A DNA stretch of 64,000 bases from Candidatus Cloacimonadales bacterium. Its GTDB lineage: Bacteria > Cloacimonadota > Cloacimonadia > Cloacimonadales > DAONDQ01. Both the position numbers and the translations under genes were made by a program. The stretch covers positions 2,592,001 through 2,656,000 of the forward strand of contig OY759316.1 of the NCBI GenBank assembly GCA_963662275.1, read 5' to 3'. The number at the start of each line of letters is the position of its first letter. Position 1 is the first letter of the stretch. The notes under the pieces are model-generated. The model ran no database searches, was not told the origin of the DNA, and saw only the letters and a list, made by a program, of their open reading frames with translations. Below are positions 37,560 to 48,813 of the stretch, piece after piece.

Positions 37560-39162
37560 AGCGTTCTTTAATCTCCGTTCTGCGTTTTTTTTCATAACGA
37601 TTACGAATGATACCATAAAAAACCAGGAGTAATGATGGTAATAGAATATTGAGCCATTTCGCTAAGATTCGAATATTAGGTTCTATCCTGGCAATTTCCA
37701 CAGAATCTTGAATTCCCATTCTCCTGGAAATCCAGGCAGCAATACTGAGTTCACTGGGTATGAAATTACGGGAACGAATTTCTATCATAGATGTATCTTT
37801 TGCCAGAAAATCAATAGAATTCAGAATGAAATTAATGTTATTTGGAATTTGTCCGCCTGCAGTTTCAACGATAAAATCGTTATCAGCAACCAGGATGATC
37901 TTACTCTTATTCGTCTGTGGCAAAAAACCATCAGCTTGTTTTGAATCTACATTTTGAAAATTACTCTGAAAAGTACCTTCGTATAATGAAGCTAAAACCA
38001 TGGGAGAACCAGACAACATACCGATTGCCTTCTTATTCATAAAACGCTGGATATTGATATCATAGTTCGGACCAACGACTTGTCCTGAATTATGGGATGA
38101 CATCAATAAAGGAGTCATTTTAATCCCTTCTTTGCGGAACGAAGTATTTACCGGTGAAGCAAAGAAAAATGCTATCGTATTCAGATCCTTGGAGATGATA
38201 TTCTGTTTATTCACATTATTGATAATCGGAATCAATGGATAATTCATGGGAATATCGACCGTACTCATCCCCTCCCTTGTTCTCAACTGGACGGTTCCGG
38301 AATTGGCATCTGTAACAAGTACCGGCATAATATCGATTCCCCAATTTCTCATCATTCTAAATATGTTAGAGCGGATAGGTTGAACAATCTGATACTCGAT
38401 ATTCACAAATATCCTATCCTGGAAGAAAAGGATACTCCCCCCATGCATGAGGTATTGATCTATATTGAATTGCTGGAGAACTGATATGGAATCCAAAACC
38501 CCGGTAAAGACCAGGACATCTGCATTGAATGATTTCTTCAAATCAGTATTAAACACATCATAGTTCTGACTGAGTATCCTGTCTAAAGTTTTATATGTTT
38601 CCTCAGTTGAAAGAGAATCCTGGAATAGAGCCACACTTGTTAGTTTTGTTTTTAACAGTCTTCTGATGAGACTCGTGATATTGTTTTCCAGACCTTCCTT
38701 TTCCTGAAGTAATGGAATAATCTCAAAATTCCCCTGGTATTCAAAAGACAAACCCATATATACTTCTCTGATTTCCATCTTATCGTTTTCAAGCACCTGT
38801 ATTCTTGCCGGATATATTCTTTCCTTAGAAGCTTCTGTTTTCAATCTTTCCGCATCACTCGGATCAATGAATTCGAATTTCAATTTCCCTTTGGAATAAG
38901 CTTGATAATCACTCAGAATATCTTTTACATAGCGGGCATTATCAGCATATTTATTGGGTAAATTCTTTGAAAAGTATGCTTTAACAACTAAATTGTCCTT
39001 TAAGGAATCAACCGCTTTTTTACTGCTATTCGAAAGTGTAAATACATGTCCCTTTGAGAAATCAAAACGATGAAATAGAGATAGTGAAATTAGGTTTAGT
39101 AAGACCAGGATTCCAATCATAATTCCAAAATTAAGGAAGAGTGCTTTATTTGTTTTTTTCAT
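37552..39162 (-). CDS. gldG: GldG-like ABC-associated auxiliary protein
   Basis: 'RFDFS...FTLSNSSK', 'AYFSKNLP', 'FEFIDP', 'ADNDF', 'N..FILNSIDFL...IRSR'; N- and C-terminal TMs. Confidence 0.75.
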   Translation of the reverse strand: MKKTNKALFLNFGIMIGILVLLNLISLSLFHRFDFSKGHVFTLSNSSKKAVDSLKDNLVVKAYFSKNLPNKYADNARYVKDILSDYQAYSKGKLKFEFIDPSDAERLKTEASKERIYPARIQVLENDKMEIREVYMGLSFEYQGNFEIIPLLQEKEGLENNITSLIRRLLKTKLTSVALFQDSLSTEETYKTLDRILSQNYDVFNTDLKKSFNADVLVFTGVLDSISVLQQFNIDQYLMHGGSILFFQDRIFVNIEYQIVQPIRSNIFRMMRNWGIDIMPVLVTDANSGTVQLRTREGMSTVDIPMNYPLIPIINNVNKQNIISKDLNTIAFFFASPVNTSFRKEGIKMTPLLMSSHNSGQVVGPNYDINIQRFMNKKAIGMLSGSPMVLASLYEGTFQSNFQNVDSKQADGFLPQTNKSKIILVADNDFIVETAGGQIPNNINFILNSIDFLAKDTSMIEIRSRNFIPSELSIAAWISRRMGIQDSVEIARIEPNIRILAKWLNILLPSLLLVFYGIIRNRYEKKRRTEIKERYV

Positions 39163-39170
39163 TACTCCCC

Positions 39171-39884
39171 CTACTTCCCTTTTCGAGAGACAAGCATAAG
39201 TGTAGCAAATCTTAGAAAAAGGATAATCAAAGTGAGGAAATAGACCAGATCACGGGTATCAACAATTCCTCTGGAAAAATTATCAATATGATAACCAAAA
39301 CTCAAATATTGAATTATCCCTGCAATTGATCCAGGCATGAGCATGAGTATATATTGCAGGACAAAGAAAAAGAATACAATAGCAAAAGAGATAATAAATG
39401 CGACAATTTGGTTACTATGAATAGAAGAACCAAATACTCCTATGGCACAATATACAGCCCCCAGCAGGAATAAACCCAAATACCCAAAACAGATAGCACC
39501 ATAATCCAGGTTCTGTCCAAAAAGCATGATCGTGAATAGATGTACAAAAGTGAATATCAATCCAACTATCAAAACTGATAAAGAAGCAAGATATTTACCC
39601 ATAATAATTTGGCTTTCTTTTAATGGCAAAGTAGTAAGGACTTCAAGGGTTCCGCTATTCTTTTCCCTGGCAATTAATCCCATGGTAATTGCAGGTAAAA
39701 AGAAAAGATATACCATAGGCAGAATGTTAAAAAGTCCTCTCATTTCTGCTTTGGCATTGAGGAAAATTGAAGATGTAAAGAACCAGGCATTCAACACTAA
39801 AAAAACAACAAGGACAATGTATGTTGCGGGAGAATTGAAAAAAATGCGGGTTTCTTTTTTAGCAATGATGAAAGTCTTATTCAT
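39171..39884 (-). CDS. gldF: GldF-like ABC-2 permease
   Basis: 'KKE...FFNSP..Y', 'PAITMG..A.EK.SGTLEVLTTLP', 'GKY', 'NQIVAF', 'RGIVDTRDLVYF'. Confidence 0.78.
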   Translation of the reverse strand: MNKTFIIAKKETRIFFNSPATYIVLVVFLVLNAWFFTSSIFLNAKAEMRGLFNILPMVYLFFLPAITMGLIAREKNSGTLEVLTTLPLKESQIIMGKYLASLSVLIVGLIFTFVHLFTIMLFGQNLDYGAICFGYLGLFLLGAVYCAIGVFGSSIHSNQIVAFIISFAIVFFFFVLQYILMLMPGSIAGIIQYLSFGYHIDNFSRGIVDTRDLVYFLTLIILFLRFATLMLVSRKGK

Positions 39885-40833
39885 TTTCAACTCCCGGTTG
39901 AATTAGTGCTGGAGTCAAAGTCAATCCATGAAAAAGATCTTCAAGTGACAGTTCTTTACGATGCATTTCCAAAATAATCCAGTCATGCTTCATCGCATAT
40001 TGAAATATCTCACGTCGAGGATCAGTAGATTCCAAGTATTCAAGTACAATCGTATGTAATTGTCCATTTTCCAAGTGCTCAAGCAAATTGCATTCAATAT
40101 CCTGAATGATTTGTTGGATTTCAGGATTCATGGCTTCAAATTCAACAGTTAGTATGGTCTTTCCAAGCCTTGAAATCTGTAAATCCTGTTGTTTTCCATC
40201 CGCAATGATTTTCCCTTTATTAATAATCAGTATTCTATCTGCAACCGCTTGAATTTCCTGTAAAATATGACTGGAGATGATAACTGTCTTTTCCTTGCCA
40301 AGATCTCGAATAAGTTCCCGAATTTCAATAATCTGGTTTGGATCCAAACCTGATGTAGGTTCATCTAATATAAGATACGCTGGGTCATGAAGAATTGCTT
40401 GCGCAATACCTACTCTTTGCTGGTAGCCTTTTGATAAGGTCTGTATAGTTTGAGATATTACTTCACGAATACCGCATTTTTCAACAACATAAGTTAAGCG
40501 CTTTTTAAATGCTTTTTCAGATAGATTTCTTATTTGAGCAATATAATGCAAATAATCAAACACGCACATATCTTCATATAGCGGATTCTGCTCCGGTAAA
40601 TAACCCATCTGGGAACGAATCTCCAGTGAGTTGCCTTCCATGGTCAGATCACGAACAAGAATCTCTCCAGAAGTCGGTTCCAAGAATCCTGTAAGCATTT
40701 TTAAAGTAGTAGATTTTCCTGCGCCATTTGGTCCTAGAAATCCTACGATTTCACCTTCATGAACTTCAAAGCTGATATGATCAACAGCTCGAATTTCTCC
40801 ATAATCTTTGACGAGATTACGTATTTGAATCAT
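39877..40833 (-). CDS. gldA: GldA-like ABC ATP-binding protein
   Basis: 'GFLGPNGAGKST', 'LSKGYQQRVG', 'ILDEPTSGLDPNQI', 'SSHIL'. Confidence 0.8.
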   Translation of the reverse strand: MIQIRNLVKDYGEIRAVDHISFEVHEGEIVGFLGPNGAGKSTTLKMLTGFLEPTSGEILVRDLTMEGNSLEIRSQMGYLPEQNPLYEDMCVFDYLHYIAQIRNLSEKAFKKRLTYVVEKCGIREVISQTIQTLSKGYQQRVGIAQAILHDPAYLILDEPTSGLDPNQIIEIRELIRDLGKEKTVIISSHILQEIQAVADRILIINKGKIIADGKQQDLQISRLGKTILTVEFEAMNPEIQQIIQDIECNLLEHLENGQLHTIVLEYLESTDPRREIFQYAMKHDWIILEMHRKELSLEDLFHGLTLTPALIQPGVENE

Positions 40834-40970
40834 CTATTTTCTCCTGTCCTATCATTAGTTATCCATATGCAAAAGATATTCCGAAGTACATTACATAGAG
40901 CAGGATACAGATCCGGTTAGTAATAAACCGGAAAAAAGTAGGATCAATATCCTGCTTCACGCTTTTATAC

Positions 40971-41000
40971 AAAAAAACCGCAACCGAATAGATTGCGGTT
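40971..41000 (-). terminator. Intrinsic terminator after the TolC-MFP pair
   Basis: Minus strand aaccgcaa-loop-ttgcggtt followed by a T run. Confidence 0.7.
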
Positions 41001-41016
41001 CAATATTTAGACTCAA

Positions 41017-42156
41017 TTATTCCATATGCCCCTGCATTATAAATTTGGATGCATTTAAGGCACTTTTCTCTGTCAGTGAAATCGTCTGTCCTTCTTTCAA
41101 ACCGTTAACAATCTCAACATTCTCTAAATCATTAATTCCTGTTTTCACATATGTCGAGTCAGAAATAGCTCCATTTTTAACCAGATATACGATATCCTGA
41201 CCTTTATCATCACTGAAAATAGAACGAATGGGAATAATCAGAACATTCTTTAAAGTCTTTGCATTAATCGTTACATTGGCTGTCATACCTGGGCGAAGAT
41301 TATGATCCGTGAGTTCCAGTTGAATCTCAATAGGGAATACTTTGGCATTATTATCGAGTATCGCCATAGCTGCTATCTTTGTGACTTTCCCGGCATAGTC
41401 CTTATACGGGAAGGCATCTACTTTGATCACAGCAACTTGTCCTACTTTAAACTTATCAATATCAACTTCATTGATGTTGGAAGTTACAATCATCTTATCA
41501 AGATTTGCCTGTTTCATGATAACAGTTCCTTCACCAAATCCGGAATTACTCGATGTAACCATCTCCCCTACCTGAACAAGTCTCTGAATGATAGTACCGG
41601 TAGCTGGAGCCAAAACATGGGTTGCTTTTCCTGAAGAATCAATTTCCTTAACCAATTCATATTGATCATTGGCTTGTTTATAGCTAATTTGCGCAGAATC
41701 AAGTTCATCCTTGGCAGCGATTACATCATTTGAAGATATATACTTTTCAGCAAGAAGCTTCACTTTGTTATCATAATCTCGTTGCGCATTTTTCAATCGA
41801 ATTTCACTCAGTTCCAGATTACTTCGTACATTGGAAATTGTATTAGCCTGGTTATAGTCAGGTTCTATGTCCGCAATAATATCACCCTGTTTCACGATTT
41901 GGTTTTCATCGACATAGAACTTAATAATCTTACCGGAGATCCTGGATTTGATTTGAACGATACTGATTGGCTGTATCTCACCTGTGACTTCAAGTACATT
42001 TGATATATCACCTTTCTTCACAACATAGGTTTGAATCTTTGGTCCAGCACTGGATATCTTCTTTTTTGCCTTATTTTTAACAATTATGCCCAAAGTAATA
42101 AGTGAAGCAATGATTACAACGATAATGATCCAAATCATTTTCTTCCTGAATTTCAT
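41017..42156 (-). CDS. Efflux periplasmic adaptor (MFP, MacA/YknX-like)
   Basis: N-terminal TM; 'SGKI..FYV...VKQGD', 'APATGTI', 'NEVDI', 'LRPGMTANV', 'VEIVNGL'. Confidence 0.9.
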   Translation of the reverse strand: MKFRKKMIWIIIVVIIASLITLGIIVKNKAKKKISSAGPKIQTYVVKKGDISNVLEVTGEIQPISIVQIKSRISGKIIKFYVDENQIVKQGDIIADIEPDYNQANTISNVRSNLELSEIRLKNAQRDYDNKVKLLAEKYISSNDVIAAKDELDSAQISYKQANDQYELVKEIDSSGKATHVLAPATGTIIQRLVQVGEMVTSSNSGFGEGTVIMKQANLDKMIVTSNINEVDIDKFKVGQVAVIKVDAFPYKDYAGKVTKIAAMAILDNNAKVFPIEIQLELTDHNLRPGMTANVTINAKTLKNVLIIPIRSIFSDDKGQDIVYLVKNGAISDSTYVKTGINDLENVEIVNGLKEGQTISLTEKSALNASKFIMQGHME

Positions 42157-42186
42157 GTGATACCTCTCCATCCGCGGATTTCTATT

Positions 42187-43431
42187 CTACCACTTACCCA
42201 TGATCTGTTTCGATAACAACAGATTCAATTGTTCTTTTGTTTTTAATAAAGTATAGTAATCTGCATTAGTAGATAACTTGGCGTTTAAGTCATTTACCTG
42301 TGCCTGGTCCAAATCAAGAAGACTGATCAGACCTAATCTGTATTTTTCTTCAGCAATTCTTAAATTCTCGTTAGCCTGGTCTTTTTTTCTTAACTGCAAA
42401 TGATAGGAACCTGTTAAATACTGAAGATTGCGCTGGATAGTATAGTAATTTGATTTAACTTGAACTTTAGCATCCTTCAGGTTAATTTCTGAGAGTTTTA
42501 AAGTATTAGAGTAACGGTGGTAATCTTCCCCATGCCTGAAGATATTCCATAATGAATAACTCGCTGTTATAGAAATCGTATATTGTTTTCTTAACTGGGT
42601 TGTATTCGCAGGATCTCTTAAGTTTGATTCACTGGAAACACTAGCAGTTAGTGTCGGAAGATAATTGATTTTCTGCTGGTTCAAAGAAAGTTTATCCCTT
42701 TTTATCTGCTCATTCACAAGCCTGACTGTCAGGGGAGAAATATCCTTATCCAATGGCGTGATAACATTATTCAATGTATCGACGATTGGTAAACTCAGGA
42801 TAGGTTCTGCGAATTCATATCCCTTATCTTCGACCATGAGTTGAGTGAAGAAAGCTTGTCTTTGATTATTTAGCATATTCTGGGCATTCTGAAGGTCAAT
42901 TTGCGCATTGATACGGTTAATATCTGCCTGGTTTAAATCATAGGAAGATTTCCTTCCCTGTTCACATTGAATCTTAGTATTTAAATAAATTCTTTCCTGT
43001 AAAGCAACATTAGCCTGTTGGATTTCAATTGTCTTGATAGCAGAAAGAATATCCAGGTAGGCAGCGAAGATATCATACACTAATTGCTTTTTGGATTGTT
43101 CATAACCTAGTTTTGTGCTCTTCTCATCTAACTTGGATTGCCTATAATTAAATACTGATGGGTCATTCAATGCCAATGACTTTGATAAGGATAAATTACT
43201 TCTACTTGAAGAAGTATTTCTCTGGTATGATTGAGTATAACTCACATCAGCATCAGGAAGGGCATTATAAAGTGCAGATCTTACTGCTGCATGGGAATTA
43301 TCAACCTCAATCGCTTTTGTTTTCATTACCGTGGCATTTTTTAATCCTGCTTCTATCATTTGATCGAGCGAATACTCCTGTGCCCAGAGCAAACCACCAA
43401 GCATTGTTAAAAGTATTAGATATCTTTTCAT
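42187..43431 (-). CDS. TolC-family outer-membrane efflux protein
   Basis: Signal peptide; duplicated OEP halves 'YLP', 'KYRLGLISLLDLDQAQ'. Confidence 0.85.
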   Translation of the reverse strand: MKRYLILLTMLGGLLWAQEYSLDQMIEAGLKNATVMKTKAIEVDNSHAAVRSALYNALPDADVSYTQSYQRNTSSSRSNLSLSKSLALNDPSVFNYRQSKLDEKSTKLGYEQSKKQLVYDIFAAYLDILSAIKTIEIQQANVALQERIYLNTKIQCEQGRKSSYDLNQADINRINAQIDLQNAQNMLNNQRQAFFTQLMVEDKGYEFAEPILSLPIVDTLNNVITPLDKDISPLTVRLVNEQIKRDKLSLNQQKINYLPTLTASVSSESNLRDPANTTQLRKQYTISITASYSLWNIFRHGEDYHRYSNTLKLSEINLKDAKVQVKSNYYTIQRNLQYLTGSYHLQLRKKDQANENLRIAEEKYRLGLISLLDLDQAQVNDLNAKLSTNADYYTLLKTKEQLNLLLSKQIMGKW

Positions 43432-43684
43432 TTGATCCTCATTCTTTATTCACACGTATTATTAGAACCTGTTACGCATTATATTTCTTTGACAAGGCAA
43501 TTACTGTGAGCTAGATTTCAAGTCAAAGAATATTTTTGATTGCTTTTGCAAGATTTCCATTGAAGTTCTTGACAAAGAACTGGCAACAGAAGATTGAAAT
43601 CGATGGATTAAATATCAGTGATGGATAATCTGTCATATTATGTCCATAATATATGGTATTAATGCAGACACCTTAAGGAGAATT

Positions 43685-46600
43685 ATGAGATACTTTGAAA
43701 ATGTCATAAAGCGAAACCGCTCTCGTTTCAATACAACCATCATTATCAGGTTTTGCTTATTTGCATTTATCATTCTGTCGTTCTTTTTCTCATTATTTAT
43801 CACCTTGTTCCATTTTATTACGAATCATAATCCTGAACTTTTCATTGTCTCATCATCCATAAAAATACTCATCCTGATTACGATCGTTTATTTGTTTCTA
43901 TCATTTAAAAAGAAATTAATCCATTTACGCAAATCCGCCCTTTATCTTGATACATATAATCAAGATAAAGCAGACACATATCAAAATGCATTCGAATTAC
44001 TACATGAAGATCAGTATTTTGATTCTCATATTTTAGAACGTATTTACGCAAAAGCTGATGCTATTGCCATCCAGCAGAACCAGCCTGGATTCAAGATTAT
44101 TCCATCAGCTCTGGTCTTTCCCCTAATCGCATGTTTTCTTGGCATATTAATCCTGGTATCTTTTCAATTCAATCAAATTATACCAGCAATGTCCTATTTC
44201 AAGACAATCACACCCCCCAAAGTCCTGCATAAAACTTATGTTGAATTGAAACCGGGAAATCTGACAATTGGTAAAAATCTTAACGTTACAATTGAAGTAT
44301 CGAATCCCGAACAGAATGTTGAACATCGTTTATTTTATAAATTGGATAAAGATTGGCGTGAAATAGCCCTACCCGCGTATCGGAAAACGTTTGAGAACCT
44401 GGATTATTCATTTACTTATTTTGTGAAAACACCGTATGCGACTTCAGATACATTTCAGATAAAAGTCATCGATATGCCAGCTTCCAAGCATATTCTTCTG
44501 CGGTATCATTACCCCGCCTATACGCAGTTAGCTGCTGAAACCGATAATCTCAGTAACGGGAATATTAAGGCTTTAGAGGGCACAGAAGTTTCCATTTATC
44601 TACAAGCTAATGTACCTTTGAAATCATCATCCATCAATTTTGGTGATGGTTCTTCTCTGCTCATGAAGCGAATTGATTCGACGAACTCAACAATATCCTT
44701 AACTATCCGTAAGTCGGATACTTACTATCTCAAATTGACTGATATGCTGGATCGAATTTCTGACCCAATCCCGAAGACGATCTCGATGTTGGAAGACTCA
44801 CCGCCGGAAATCAAATTTGTTTATCCGGGACAGGATACTCTCCTGACTCAAAACATGCTCCTGCCAATGCGTTTATTTGCTGCTGATGACTTTGGATTGC
44901 AAGACCTTGCTATTAAGTATAGTCTCAATAACGAGCCGGAAAAGACCATTCCCTTGAAAGATCGTTTTACCGATAAGATGATTAATTTCGACTATATCCT
45001 TGATCTTACCGGTGCTAATTTACTGCCTGGTGACGCTGTTACATATTATGCAGAGATTCGCGATAATTCTCTCAAACATCATGTTTCTCAAACAGCGAAA
45101 TTTAGAGCTAGATTCCCTTCCATCGAAGAAATCTATAAAGAGATTGAACAAGAAGAACAACAGAAAAAGGATGCTCTTCAAAATACTTATGAAAAGAGTA
45201 AGGATCTCCAAAAGGAATTGGAGCAAAAACGTCGGGAAATGATGAAAAAGGATAAAGTGGATTGGGAAGATAAAAAGGAATTGACTAATCTTGTAGAAAA
45301 ACAGGAAAAAATGAATAAACAAGTAGAAAACCTAGCACAAGATTATCAGAATCTCATAGAAAAACTCCAGAATAACCAGGCTGTTTCTCCAGAGACTTTG
45401 CAAAAAATGGAAAAGATAAAGGAATTGATGAAGGAAATTTCTAATGAACAACTCCAGCAGGCAATGGATAAAATGAAACAGGCAATGGATAAAATGGATC
45501 CGGATGTCTTGAAAAAAGCCATGGAAAATTTTAAGTTCTCTATGGATGATTTCACGCAAAAACTTGAGCAGACCATCAGTCTCCTGGAAAGCATTAAAAA
45601 GGAACAGGCTTTGGAAAAAGCGCTGCAAATCGCCCAGGAAATGGATAAACTCCAATCTGATGTAAATAAAAAGACGGAATCGACCAAGGAGCAAAACCAG
45701 GATCTTGCGAAAGCTCAAAAACAGATACGTGAAGAAATGCAATCTCTGAAAGATCAATTGGATAAATTCAATAAAATGCTGGATAGCAATAAAGATAAAT
45801 CTATGAAAGAACAGATGGCGCAGTTGCAGGAGCAAATGAAAAACGATGATATGGAACAGGATATGGAGCAAAGTGAACAATCTCTGCAAAAGAACCAGCG
45901 TTCAGAAGCCTCTAAAAGCCAAAAAACAGCTTCCCAGAAAATGAAGCGTATGCTCTCCAAGATGAGTGATATGAAAAGCATGATGTCAGGTAGCGGTATG
46001 CAGGAAATCACGGAAGCAATGCAGCGAACAATTCGTGAATTGCTCATCTTTTCACAGCAACAGGAAACTACAGCTTCAAAATATACGAATAATCCATATG
46101 CAATCCTCAAAGATGAAATTGCTATCTCTGAGGGAATCCGAATTGCTCTCGCAAAACTCTATTCCACTCCGCAGGTCTTAATGTTCTTAAGCCAGAAGTT
46201 CTTCATGGATGTAAATTTTATTCTCCAGTCCTTCAGATCGTTATTTTCTGATATCAATGACGCCACAACTGTCAAGATTCCCGAATACTTACCAAATATT
46301 CAGAAAGGTATGAACTTGACGATCTATGACCTGATGCAATCTGTAAACAATATGCAGCAACAGCAGGGACAAGGTGGAGCAGGAATGCAAAGCATGATGC
46401 AGATGATGCAGCAGATGGGGCAGGAACAGATGGCGATGAATATGTTGACTCAGTCGTTAATGCAGCAGATGGGACAAAATGGAAGAATGTCACAAGAACA
46501 AATGCAGCAAATGCAGAGATTAGGTGCTGACGAGCAAAGATTGGCGGATAATTTGAGACGTGCCTTACAAAATGACCCTGAAGCTCAGAAACAAGGAAGT

Positions 46601-46945
46601 TCACTGCAACAGATGGCTGATGAATTAGAATCCATTGCCCGGCAACTGCAATCCAATCGCATCGATCAGCAGCTTGTTGATCGCCAGGAACGTATTTTAT
46701 CGCGTCTTTTAGATGCGCAGAAATCCATTCATAAACGAGAATTCAGTAATAAACGACAAGCTGAGACGAACGCAAATCAGAATTGGCAGACCCCGGAAGA
46801 AATTAAACTTCGCTATGATGAAATGCGCAGGCACGCTCTTCAGCAGAATGACTTGAGTTCTTATCCTAAAGAATACCAGGAAGTTATACGCGAATATCTG
46901 AAACTGCTTAATGAAGATATGAATAAACAGGGAGAGAAGAAATGA
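43685..46945 (+). CDS. Large membrane-anchored Ig-like + coiled-coil protein (DUF4175-like)
   Basis: Three N-terminal TMs; 'YPAYT', 'D.PP.I', 'ADDFGL'; long Q/M/K/E-rich coil; 'YPKEYQEVIREYLK' tail; ATG 43685 after AAGGAG. Confidence 0.65.
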   Translation: MRYFENVIKRNRSRFNTTIIIRFCLFAFIILSFFFSLFITLFHFITNHNPELFIVSSSIKILILITIVYLFLSFKKKLIHLRKSALYLDTYNQDKADTYQNAFELLHEDQYFDSHILERIYAKADAIAIQQNQPGFKIIPSALVFPLIACFLGILILVSFQFNQIIPAMSYFKTITPPKVLHKTYVELKPGNLTIGKNLNVTIEVSNPEQNVEHRLFYKLDKDWREIALPAYRKTFENLDYSFTYFVKTPYATSDTFQIKVIDMPASKHILLRYHYPAYTQLAAETDNLSNGNIKALEGTEVSIYLQANVPLKSSSINFGDGSSLLMKRIDSTNSTISLTIRKSDTYYLKLTDMLDRISDPIPKTISMLEDSPPEIKFVYPGQDTLLTQNMLLPMRLFAADDFGLQDLAIKYSLNNEPEKTIPLKDRFTDKMINFDYILDLTGANLLPGDAVTYYAEIRDNSLKHHVSQTAKFRARFPSIEEIYKEIEQEEQQKKDALQNTYEKSKDLQKELEQKRREMMKKDKVDWEDKKELTNLVEKQEKMNKQVENLAQDYQNLIEKLQNNQAVSPETLQKMEKIKELMKEISNEQLQQAMDKMKQAMDKMDPDVLKKAMENFKFSMDDFTQKLEQTISLLESIKKEQALEKALQIAQEMDKLQSDVNKKTESTKEQNQDLAKAQKQIREEMQSLKDQLDKFNKMLDSNKDKSMKEQMAQLQEQMKNDDMEQDMEQSEQSLQKNQRSEASKSQKTASQKMKRMLSKMSDMKSMMSGSGMQEITEAMQRTIRELLIFSQQQETTASKYTNNPYAILKDEIAISEGIRIALAKLYSTPQVLMFLSQKFFMDVNFILQSFRSLFSDINDATTVKIPEYLPNIQKGMNLTIYDLMQSVNNMQQQQGQGGAGMQSMMQMMQQMGQEQMAMNMLTQSLMQQMGQNGRMSQEQMQQMQRLGADEQRLADNLRRALQNDPEAQKQGSSLQQMADELESIARQLQSNRIDQQLVDRQERILSRLLDAQKSIHKREFSNKRQAETNANQNWQTPEEIKLRYDEMRRHALQQNDLSSYPKEYQEVIREYLKLLNEDMNKQGEKK

Positions 46946-48681
46946 AGCGATTGATTTGTCTCTATCTCCTATTGTTTTTCATTTTAACCCTATTCGCACA
47001 ATTCAACGAAAAAGAAATCCTTTTCAAGCAAGCCCAGGATATGGTTCAAGCCCGTCGCTTTCAGCAAGCAGTTGCTATCTACCAGGACATGCTGATCAAA
47101 TATCCTGATGATTACACCGTTGTCCTGAACCTAATCAATACATACATACAGAGTTCTAGCATTGATAAAGCTTATGAACTCCTGAATACAAAAAAAGACA
47201 TCATGCCGTCAGATGTATTTTCTCAACAGAAAATCTATCTGTTAGTTCAAAAATCGAATTTTGAAGAAGCTTATAGATTCGCTCTTGATTATCTAGATAA
47301 GAATCATAATCAAGTAACTTTATACCGGACAGTTGCTTCTTATTTCGAAATGAAATCGCAGTTTGAAAAAGCGATACAGATCTATACCTTGGGGAGGCAG
47401 GTTAGCCATGATGAATCATTGAATTCTATGGAAGTTGCCAATGATCTATTTCAACTGCGTGACTATCGGAATGCGATTCCTGAGTACTTCAAACTATTAG
47501 CCAAAACACCATCCTATTCATATTACATTGCTAATCAACTGCAGTTTGTATTAAAAGACGATCCGAAGCAAATCAGCATAATTGCCAGGGAAGTTGATAA
47601 ATCTTCCATTCCGGAAGCTAAGGAAATCTATGCTCGGAGCCTGGTCATTGTAGGTAATTTTCAACAGGCATTGCAAATCTATCGTCAATTAGACCCGGAG
47701 AAACTAGTCTTGTTTGCTGATGAACAATATACTGCTAACCGAGATTCATTAGCTCTTATGGCATATAATGATGTATTGCCAAAAATCGCTGATCCTGCCA
47801 AAGCAGCAGATATATTAATCAGACAAGCACGTATCTACATTGTAACCGGCAATATTCAACTGGCTGAAACAAACTTGAATCTGGTTATCAATAACAAAAC
47901 CATTCAAACTAACCCAAATCGATATAAAACAAGATCAAACCGACAGGCACGTGAACTTATGGCTGAGTTGCTTATCCAAAAACAAGGTCCCAGCCAGCAG
48001 GTCATTTCCTATCTGAATGATGCGAAGCAATTTGCTTTTAATGCGGCAGAAGCCGATGAAGTCGAATTCGAAATTATCCAGTATCAAATCATGAATGGCT
48101 CATACGAGGATGCAAAAAATCGACTGGTGACAGTTCTCAAAAAAGAAGACTCGGGATCATTCATCTACAAGAGGGGTTATTATTATTCCTATCTGATTGC
48201 AACTATGCTAAATGACCCGGCTGCAGATTCTCTATTGAATGAATGTATCATTGCCACACCTGAAAACCAGAATACTAATGATGCTCTTTATCTTTCTTTT
48301 ATCATTTCGGGTTTAAAAGGAGCAAATCGGGAGTTATTCCTTCATGCCTACAGACTGCGCAAGCTGCACCAGGATTTACAGGCAATTGCTGTACTGGATA
48401 GTGTATATAATAGTACAAAAGATGAAGAAATTCGCATTCTGCTGGGAGATTGGGCATTACAATCCAGACAATACAAAATGGCGCTAGCAACTTTTTCATC
48501 TACGTTCAAGGATACAACTCTCAAAGAATATGCTGCCTTGCAATTAACGAAACTCGCTGAATCTAATCAAAATGAACAACAAAAGCTAACGATAGATTTC
48601 CTGAAAGGTAATCCGGATAGTGTCTTTTCACCCGAATTTAGGCAATTACTAAGCGTTCCTTCTGAATCCCCACCACAATAG
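46942..48681 (+). CDS. Exported TPR-repeat protein
   Basis: Signal peptide; helical TPR-like repeats; start overlaps the upstream stop by 4 bp. Confidence 0.7.
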   Translation: MKRLICLYLLLFFILTLFAQFNEKEILFKQAQDMVQARRFQQAVAIYQDMLIKYPDDYTVVLNLINTYIQSSSIDKAYELLNTKKDIMPSDVFSQQKIYLLVQKSNFEEAYRFALDYLDKNHNQVTLYRTVASYFEMKSQFEKAIQIYTLGRQVSHDESLNSMEVANDLFQLRDYRNAIPEYFKLLAKTPSYSYYIANQLQFVLKDDPKQISIIAREVDKSSIPEAKEIYARSLVIVGNFQQALQIYRQLDPEKLVLFADEQYTANRDSLALMAYNDVLPKIADPAKAADILIRQARIYIVTGNIQLAETNLNLVINNKTIQTNPNRYKTRSNRQARELMAELLIQKQGPSQQVISYLNDAKQFAFNAAEADEVEFEIIQYQIMNGSYEDAKNRLVTVLKKEDSGSFIYKRGYYYSYLIATMLNDPAADSLLNECIIATPENQNTNDALYLSFIISGLKGANRELFLHAYRLRKLHQDLQAIAVLDSVYNSTKDEEIRILLGDWALQSRQYKMALATFSSTFKDTTLKEYAALQLTKLAESNQNEQQKLTIDFLKGNPDSVFSPEFRQLLSVPSESPPQ

Positions 48682-48739
48682 GCTTTTTAAATCGAATAGA
48701 TAAAGACAATCAAATCCAGTACAAAATTCACTTTCGTCC

Positions 48740-48813
48740 AGTAACTCCGCATTTACGCGGTTGTAGAGTAGCTCCGCTTTTACACGGTTGTAGAGCTGGA
48801 TGCCGATCATGCT
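48740..48813. repeat. 27-bp tandem duplication followed by a degenerate REP of the 1099 family
   Basis: agtaactccgcatttacgcggttgtag / agtagctccgcttttacacggttgtag, then gtagagctggatgccgatcatgct. Confidence 0.75.

Noticed and set aside
45180..46620. Q/M-rich low-complexity stretch as a DNA repeat element
   Set aside because: In-frame coiled-coil coding sequence typical of this protein type.
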